This document shows, piece after piece, positions 58,044 to 64,000 of a stretch of DNA of 64,000 bases. The notes beneath the pieces were generated by a model. It was not told the origin of the DNA. It did not search any database and saw only the letters and a program-made list of their open reading frames with translations. The stretch comes from a virus, in IMG/VR virus record IMGVR_UViG_3300042888_000160, positions 1-64,000 of that record. One strand, given 5' to 3'. Position 1 is the stretch's first letter, and every line of letters begins with the position of its first letter. Made by a program: the position numbers and the translations under genes.

Positions 58044-60212
58044 TTATTGGTATTTGTCTAACCAGCTTCCTGGCTGTTTGGTATTGTAATTAGTAAAGTT
58101 ACTTAATTGATCCAGCTTTGTCAACTGTCCACCTTGTTCGTATTCATTGCGTTGAGTATATGCTTGAATAGCATCTGTAGCTCTTCCTGCATTTGGTCCA
58201 TACTTACCAGTAGCTTTTAAAAGCTCAGCAGCAACTTTTGCATTTCTTTTTTGTCTTTTAGTAAGTGCTAAACCTGTAGAAAGAGCATCTACTGCTCTTC
58301 CAAATTGTTTAGCTTTACCTAACATTGGTATTGCACCAAAAGCTTCCATAGCAGTTTGACCAGACATTCCTGTTTGATTGTATGATCTATAAATATCATC
58401 CCAAGAACTTATACCTGATGGATCAATTATCTCAAAGATATTCTCACCAAGTGTATCTGGCTGATTGCCCTGATAGTTACTAGGACGAGTATATCTTGGT
58501 ATATTACCCACTCTTGTATTATCACTATAGGCAATATTATCACCATCTCTCGATATAGATTTAGGTTTGAAGTCTAACCCTTCTTGATAGAACTTCATCT
58601 CTGTTCCATTCTGTGCAGAAGCTTTTGTCTTCTTAGCATACTTACCATTGCTAGGAGTAGTCCCTGTACGTGCGTACATGAATCCTGTAGCTCCTGGTAT
58701 ACCTTGTGTAGCTCCACCAATAGATCCACCCATAGCAAACTGTCCTCCCCATGCAGGAGAATAGTTACGTCCTACGTTACTATATCCATCACCTTCAAAG
58801 CCAGGTCCTGCAGAAGCATTGGAATCATTATAGTTAGGTTGTATAGGACCTCCATCGTTATACTTGTCTAACCATCCACCATTCTTCTTTTGATCTACAA
58901 ACTGAGATGCTGCAGCTCCTGCTCCTATAATAGGTGCAACAGATTTATATATATTACGTTTAGTTAAATCAAACATTCCATTATTGCCTGTTGCTGATTT
59001 AACATTGTTTCCATAAGGTACTGCTACTTCACTAAATTCTTTAGGATCTAACGAACGTGTTATAGCATCGCGACCTTCTCTTAAACTTTTTGGAATATCT
59101 CTGTCTGCAAATTCAGTACGTGGATCAATTAAAGGTTTTTCTGAATTTAAATAAACAGATTTTACATAACTATTATAACCTTGCACATCCTCTAACCCCT
59201 GTCCAATACCTGCATAATCTTCTGCTAGTGATTTATGAGGAGTAAAAAAAGAATAGTTTCCTTCGTAACCTGAATTTGAAATACCACTCATTTCAGATGG
59301 CATAAAAGAAGAAAAATCTCTATCTGTAAAGTGCCCATGATGTAAAATCATAGGATTACCTTTTTCATCTTTGAACTTAGTATTACCAAATGCCTTTTTA
59401 AAATTTTGACTATTCTGTTGTACAAACTGTTCAGGAGTTCCTTGAAATGCAGAACCATCATTATTTTTCATCCAGCTACCATTAGCCTTTGCTGTTTTTT
59501 CAATAGCATTATACTCCTGCATTAAAGGTACATTATCAGGTATCTCTTTATTCCATTTACCCCAGTTAATTTCTGAAGCAAACTTATTTGTATTTTTCTT
59601 AAATAATGCTGAAGGATCCATGCTACTTCTTACAACATTTAAGTTCTTTGGTGCTTTAGGTAAACTTCCTAATGGATCAAAGCCTAGTGCTCCTGCACCT
59701 AAAGCTAATCCAGCTTCTGTTGCCAAAGCTTTAACATCCCTATCAATCATAGCATTACCTAATCCTGATGCTGTATTACCAATAAAAGTAAGTGGATTTA
59801 TATAATCATCAAATATTTCACCTACACCACTTACATCATTAGGAAACAATCTAAACTTATCTCCTATTGCAAATCGTTTACCATTAGGATTAATAATATC
59901 AGCTTCACTTGATTCAGCAACTGCTTTTTTTCTTTCAGCTAACTTCTTAGCATTAGCTTTCTCAGTCTTAGCCATCACTTGTTTATTGATAGCTTTATTC
60001 TTTTCTAATTGAGCTTTAGTAAGTTTAAGTGCTGGAGCAGCAACTCGTGTTGCATCTGTCTTAGCAACACCACCTTCTTGATATTGATCAAGCCAGCCAC
60101 CATTTTTCATAGTATTATCTTTACCACATATGTGACAGACATTCATATCTTCTTTACTGGACTTTGACTTACTCCAGGAATGACCACAAGAACATGTAAC
60201 GTTACCTTTCAT
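58044..60212 (-). CDS. Virion cargo protein with ART-PolyVal-like ADP-ribosyltransferase domain and WLD(K/Q)Y repeats
   Basis: DEKGNPMILHHG, FFTP...AEDYA, VYLNSEKP, EVAV, VKSATGNNGMFD; N-terminal CxC...CxxC. Confidence 0.7.
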   Translation of the reverse strand: MKGNVTCSCGHSWSKSKSSKEDMNVCHICGKDNTMKNGGWLDQYQEGGVAKTDATRVAAPALKLTKAQLEKNKAINKQVMAKTEKANAKKLAERKKAVAESSEADIINPNGKRFAIGDKFRLFPNDVSGVGEIFDDYINPLTFIGNTASGLGNAMIDRDVKALATEAGLALGAGALGFDPLGSLPKAPKNLNVVRSSMDPSALFKKNTNKFASEINWGKWNKEIPDNVPLMQEYNAIEKTAKANGSWMKNNDGSAFQGTPEQFVQQNSQNFKKAFGNTKFKDEKGNPMILHHGHFTDRDFSSFMPSEMSGISNSGYEGNYSFFTPHKSLAEDYAGIGQGLEDVQGYNSYVKSVYLNSEKPLIDPRTEFADRDIPKSLREGRDAITRSLDPKEFSEVAVPYGNNVKSATGNNGMFDLTKRNIYKSVAPIIGAGAAASQFVDQKKNGGWLDKYNDGGPIQPNYNDSNASAGPGFEGDGYSNVGRNYSPAWGGQFAMGGSIGGATQGIPGATGFMYARTGTTPSNGKYAKKTKASAQNGTEMKFYQEGLDFKPKSISRDGDNIAYSDNTRVGNIPRYTRPSNYQGNQPDTLGENIFEIIDPSGISSWDDIYRSYNQTGMSGQTAMEAFGAIPMLGKAKQFGRAVDALSTGLALTKRQKRNAKVAAELLKATGKYGPNAGRATDAIQAYTQRNEYEQGGQLTKLDQLSNFTNYNTKQPGSWLDKYQ

Positions 60213-61078
60213 TACTTGTAAGAGATTTGACTTGGAGCAATAACAAATTGTGACACTAAGTGTGCATCAGAACGATCATCTAGAATATGTCTTACTAATA
60301 AACCTTTAGCACGAAAAGGTTCTTTTCTAAATGACTTAACACCATAATTCATGTTAGCTTGATTCAACACCTTATCAACAGACAATGACTCACAACTTGT
60401 AAAGAACATAGGTTGAGACTTGTTTGCAAGAACATTCCAGAATGTATTGTATTGATAGAAGCTATCACTCTTTGTATATATAATAGTTTTACTATCTGTG
60501 TTATATATTGGATAGTTCAAATATGCACTTAAGTTATGATAAGGCTTAGGAACTAATTTAATTAATCCTGAACACTGTTGTCCATTATACAAAATGACCT
60601 TGTTAAAGTATTGATCATCTGTTTGAATCTTAGCATTATCATTGTACACACCATCAGGTATAGGGAAATATTTGAATGCACGAGTGTAGTCTTTCACGTT
60701 CTGTAATATCTCATCATGGAATTGATACATAAATGGATACTCAATAACGTAAGGCTCTATCTTATTGTAGAATTTATTATTAACTGTAGTATCAACTAAG
60801 TGTTTCCACAATGTTCCTGAGTTACTAGGAGTGTACGTAATGTCAGCAATCTGTTGAGCAGTTAAGTTCTGAATAGGAAGATGTAAAACAAAGTTACATA
60901 CACCCACTGATTCAAGAACCATCTCTTCAACATCGTCATCTACAGTGTATGTCTGTCCTACAATAAAGTCTTCCTTTGGTACATTAGTAGCAAAGACAGT
61001 TCCTTTATCATCAGAAACATTTAACAATGTCGTTCTGAATCCTGCAGTTTCTAACTTTATAATAACACTTCTAGACAT
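60212..61078 (-). CDS. Tail structural protein
   Basis: Beta-rich; FNKVILYNGQQCSG; lies between tail and cargo genes. Confidence 0.6.
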   Translation of the reverse strand: MSRSVIIKLETAGFRTTLLNVSDDKGTVFATNVPKEDFIVGQTYTVDDDVEEMVLESVGVCNFVLHLPIQNLTAQQIADITYTPSNSGTLWKHLVDTTVNNKFYNKIEPYVIEYPFMYQFHDEILQNVKDYTRAFKYFPIPDGVYNDNAKIQTDDQYFNKVILYNGQQCSGLIKLVPKPYHNLSAYLNYPIYNTDSKTIIYTKSDSFYQYNTFWNVLANKSQPMFFTSCESLSVDKVLNQANMNYGVKSFRKEPFRAKGLLVRHILDDRSDAHLVSQFVIAPSQISYK

Positions 61079-61091
61079 AATCTTTTATTAT

Positions 61092-64000
61092 TTATACAGT
61101 ACAAGATCCAACTGATGTCAATGGACCACCTGATATAACACTTATAGAACCATAAAAAGCACATACACTAGATGTACTAGGTAAAGTATAACCAGTTACA
61201 GGAGTACCACTTCCACAAGGAGTGTAACTTATAATGGCTTCTTCAGCTGTATCATTTCTCCACTGTTCACAAGAAGTTAAAATATTTGTAGTGGTAGTTG
61301 TAGTAGTACTACTAGTTGATGTACTTGTAGATGTGCTTGTACTAGTTGATGTACTTGTAGAAGTACTGCTAGAAGTTGTTGTAGTAGTACCTGGTACAAC
61401 AGCTGTTCCAGCTAACGCACAGTCAGATACTTCTACAGCAGCAATTGCTGTTAGGTTACATCCTTGGTTTAATCCAGAGTAGAAGAAGTTGTTTTCTCCT
61501 ATGTAGTAATTAGGAATGTAACTGTGGAAACTAACCCAGCTCTTTGTATTCATATTGAATGACAAAGTCCATGACTTATTACAGAAATATTCTGGATCTA
61601 ACAATTGAATAACTGTAGGAACTTCATCAACTAATATGTAGTATTCTTTATAGTTTGGATTCGTTGTAGTTTTAGTAACACTACATGGCTCATTAGAAGT
61701 AAATGGATTATCTCCTTGACTACCTATTCCTGGAGTAGTACCTATCTGTACACACTTCTCGTAAACTTCACCAACAGGTACAGACACTGTAGATTCAACT
61801 CCCTCAGAACTAATGTATGTAAACACTTCGTTAGGAGATCCAAGGTCGCCACTGTTACTAAAATACCAAGTTATACCTGGATATGTAGTAGTTACAGTTG
61901 GTGTATTGTCATAGTATATATCTCCCACCCAATTAGGTTGTGGAATGTAGTCAAGTTTAGAGATAATAATTCTATCATACTTGCTATCAAATACACCATG
62001 TAATCCAACCTTAGCATAGTTGTTATCTACCTCAGCTTCTGGAAAGTAACGTAAGATTTCAAACGCTAAGTGGTCAGTCATGAAACGATTGACACCTGAA
62101 CCAAATGCTGTTAAGTCTACAGCTTGAGATCCTGATATCAAGAAGATCTGTCCACGCTTAGCATCAACTGTAACTTGTCCTTGAGGAATCTTTAACAAGA
62201 ACTTATTCTGTGTTCCTACATACCCAAGGTCTGTCTCAGCAAAATCTATTGGAGGAGAACTTCTAAACAATGATGGGTTACCAATATAAGCAGCTTGTGG
62301 ATTACTTGTATTGATTGTAAGCATTGTATTGTATAACAATGACTTATTTTCAAAACGAGCAAGGATTCCTTTGTTCTGAATACCATCTAAAGATACCAAT
62401 GGGCCATAGCTTTGAGGGAAATCAAAGTATGATATAGGACGATAGATTAACCAGTTATTAATCTTTACTGTTGGATCAGAGCTTTGTGGCTCTGAGTAAA
62501 TAGCTCTAAAAGGAAATACAACATTACATTGATTATCACTCCAGTTAAATGGTAAGTGAGTAAAGTTATTTTCTGTATTTTGTTTAGAGTAAGTTACATT
62601 ATAGTAGTACGTATTATCTTGAGCAATTGGTACAAATGATTGTTGCAACCAGTTGTCTGGAATTCCTGAGCTTACGTGTGGATAGAAGTTACCTTCTCTA
62701 TTATTAAATGCTTGACGTAAGTCAACGTTAATAGAACTCTCACAATAGAAGTATGGAATACCATAAGCAAACTGATACATCTTACCAGTATACCCAAAGT
62801 TTAATGATCCTGTAGTAATAGTACCAGGAGCAGCTGTTGTGGTTGTGGTAGTAGTTGATGTAGCAGAATATATTGGATTGTTAGGACAATCTAAAGCTGT
62901 AGCCTTGATTGATATAACATTCTGTAAGTTTTTATTATTAGGCGTAGTATAGTTGCTCAAGATAGATCTTGACGAATGCCAGTATCTAGGATAAGCTACG
63001 TTACCAATCTCATCGTAGAATACATCTGAATCATCAAGAGCATTCACTCTATTATCAATAAAGAATGGAAGCTTAGTCTTGAATGCAAAACGAGAGATGA
63101 ATGTATCACCACCAAATATAGTTGCTAATCCTGCTGTAGGAAGATTATCAAAATCAACTTGATATCCTGTATCAATTGTTTGGTAAGTATATAACTGACC
63201 CCACTGATTAGGAAGAATGTTCTTTAATGATCCATAGTATGATACTACTGAAATATCTTTAAGATCTTCAGGATCTCCACAAGCATTTTTTTCAGAAGCT
63301 ACGTATCTAGAACTATCACTGATATTGTTATTTAATGCAGGTACAGCATTAGGATAAGGGAGAGGTAAATCCCCTGGACGACTAAGCTTTGTTTTTACAT
63401 ATACAGATGACTCTCTCTGGAAGTTATTCAAATCATGATCATCTGATACAGATTGAACACCAGGGATTGCATACTGATAAATATCTAACTCACGTTGTTT
63501 AAATCCAGAGTTAGTAACATTAGCCCAGTAGTCATACTGTGCTATAGAGTTAAATGACCAAGAGAAGTTTCTTCTACTGATACCATTAATATAGATAGTC
63601 AGATAAGCCTGATACGTTGTAAACATCGCATTAGGATCAAATGGACTAACTGAGTTAGCTAAATCATAACTAGATCTTAACGCTTGCTGCTGTATAATTC
63701 TATTGATGAACTTGTATCTAGCATTGTTCTTAACCTCAGCAAAGTGAGCTATACCACCACCAAATAAAACATTCTCTATCTTAAGAACATTTCCTAAAGA
63801 TGGTTGTCCAAAAGATGTTTCAGGTGAGTTTAACACCATTCTAAACTTAGAAGCATCTGTATCGAAACCATCTAATTTATTAAGTAGGGTTTCTGGATTT
63901 ATAAGATCACTTGTAGTGATTGTAAAGTTCTTAGATCCATAGTTATATGTAACAGGATAGAAAGAATTTACCAACTTATAAACAATACCTTGTGCTGCAG
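61092..64000 (-). CDS. Tail stabilization/muzzle-like protein, 5'-truncated by window edge, with Thr/Ser insertions
   Basis: FGGDTFI, YFYCES, VDAKRG, SWTLSF...WVSFHSY; frame stays open from 63974 to the window end. Confidence 0.75.
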   Translation of the reverse strand, partial: AAQGIVYKLVNSFYPVTYNYGSKNFTITTSDLINPETLLNKLDGFDTDASKFRMVLNSPETSFGQPSLGNVLKIENVLFGGGIAHFAEVKNNARYKFINRIIQQQALRSSYDLANSVSPFDPNAMFTTYQAYLTIYINGISRRNFSWSFNSIAQYDYWANVTNSGFKQRELDIYQYAIPGVQSVSDDHDLNNFQRESSVYVKTKLSRPGDLPLPYPNAVPALNNNISDSSRYVASEKNACGDPEDLKDISVVSYYGSLKNILPNQWGQLYTYQTIDTGYQVDFDNLPTAGLATIFGGDTFISRFAFKTKLPFFIDNRVNALDDSDVFYDEIGNVAYPRYWHSSRSILSNYTTPNNKNLQNVISIKATALDCPNNPIYSATSTTTTTTTAAPGTITTGSLNFGYTGKMYQFAYGIPYFYCESSINVDLRQAFNNREGNFYPHVSSGIPDNWLQQSFVPIAQDNTYYYNVTYSKQNTENNFTHLPFNWSDNQCNVVFPFRAIYSEPQSSDPTVKINNWLIYRPISYFDFPQSYGPLVSLDGIQNKGILARFENKSLLYNTMLTINTSNPQAAYIGNPSLFRSSPPIDFAETDLGYVGTQNKFLLKIPQGQVTVDAKRGQIFLISGSQAVDLTAFGSGVNRFMTDHLAFEILRYFPEAEVDNNYAKVGLHGVFDSKYDRIIISKLDYIPQPNWVGDIYYDNTPTVTTTYPGITWYFSNSGDLGSPNEVFTYISSEGVESTVSVPVGEVYEKCVQIGTTPGIGSQGDNPFTSNEPCSVTKTTTNPNYKEYYILVDEVPTVIQLLDPEYFCNKSWTLSFNMNTKSWVSFHSYIPNYYIGENNFFYSGLNQGCNLTAIAAVEVSDCALAGTAVVPGTTTTTSSSTSTSTSTSTSTSTSTSTSSTTTTTTTNILTSCEQWRNDTAEEAIISYTPCGSGTPVTGYTLPSTSSVCAFYGSISVISGGPLTSVGSCTV

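Noticed and set aside
61079-61091. Broken tail gene (pseudogene) between 61092 and 61078
   Set aside because: Clean stop, A-rich spacer and new ATG suggest two genuine genes; a natural split cannot be excluded without homolog alignment.
1-64000. Stop-codon reassignment as in some crAss-like phages
   Set aside because: Giant ORFs are open in the standard code, RNR ends at TAG exactly at its conserved C-terminus, and no suppressor tRNA was seen.

Overview
A 64 kb, gene-dense, AT-rich segment of a large Bacteroidota-infecting phage. It is most likely crAss-like (Crassvirales or a relative), judged by a 4282-aa virion RNA polymerase with a DFDID motif, neighbouring giant cargo proteins and TAnnTTTG promoters. 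Standard genetic code; no tRNA, rRNA or CRISPR seen. Layout: (1) 1-6.6 kb, + strand: class II RNR, RecA, dUTPase, DUF3310, HNH-like, GroES-like and a GT2/methyltransferase/GT2 trio. (2) 6.7-13.7 kb, - strand: about ten tiny Lys-rich proteins behind an HExxH protein, a ferritin-like protein, and four Thr/Ser-repeat proteins flanking a DxD glycosyltransferase that resembles peptidyl-Ser/Hyp O-glycosyltransferases. (3) 13.8-17.8 kb: an expanded lysis cassette with a GH19 endolysin. (4) 18-25 kb: an opposite-strand glycosyltransferase island including a TibC/Aah-like protein O-heptosyltransferase. (5) 25-29 kb: 2OG-Fe(II) oxygenases, one apparently dead, and a flavin-dependent halogenase. (6) 29-33.7 kb: Gly-Thr-Ser-repeat tail fibre with an S74 chaperone. 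(7) 33.8-64 kb: ejected cargo proteins (nuclease-like, RNAP, GH108-like, ADP-ribosyltransferase-like) and tail proteins. Best candidate for an undescribed system: a phage-encoded protein O-glycosylation apparatus together with a portable mucin-like acceptor tag on several putative virion proteins. A second candidate is a shared (hydrophobic/Ala)-x-x-G(G) motif on small basic proteins and cargo proteins. All family calls come from motif recognition by eye; no searches were run.
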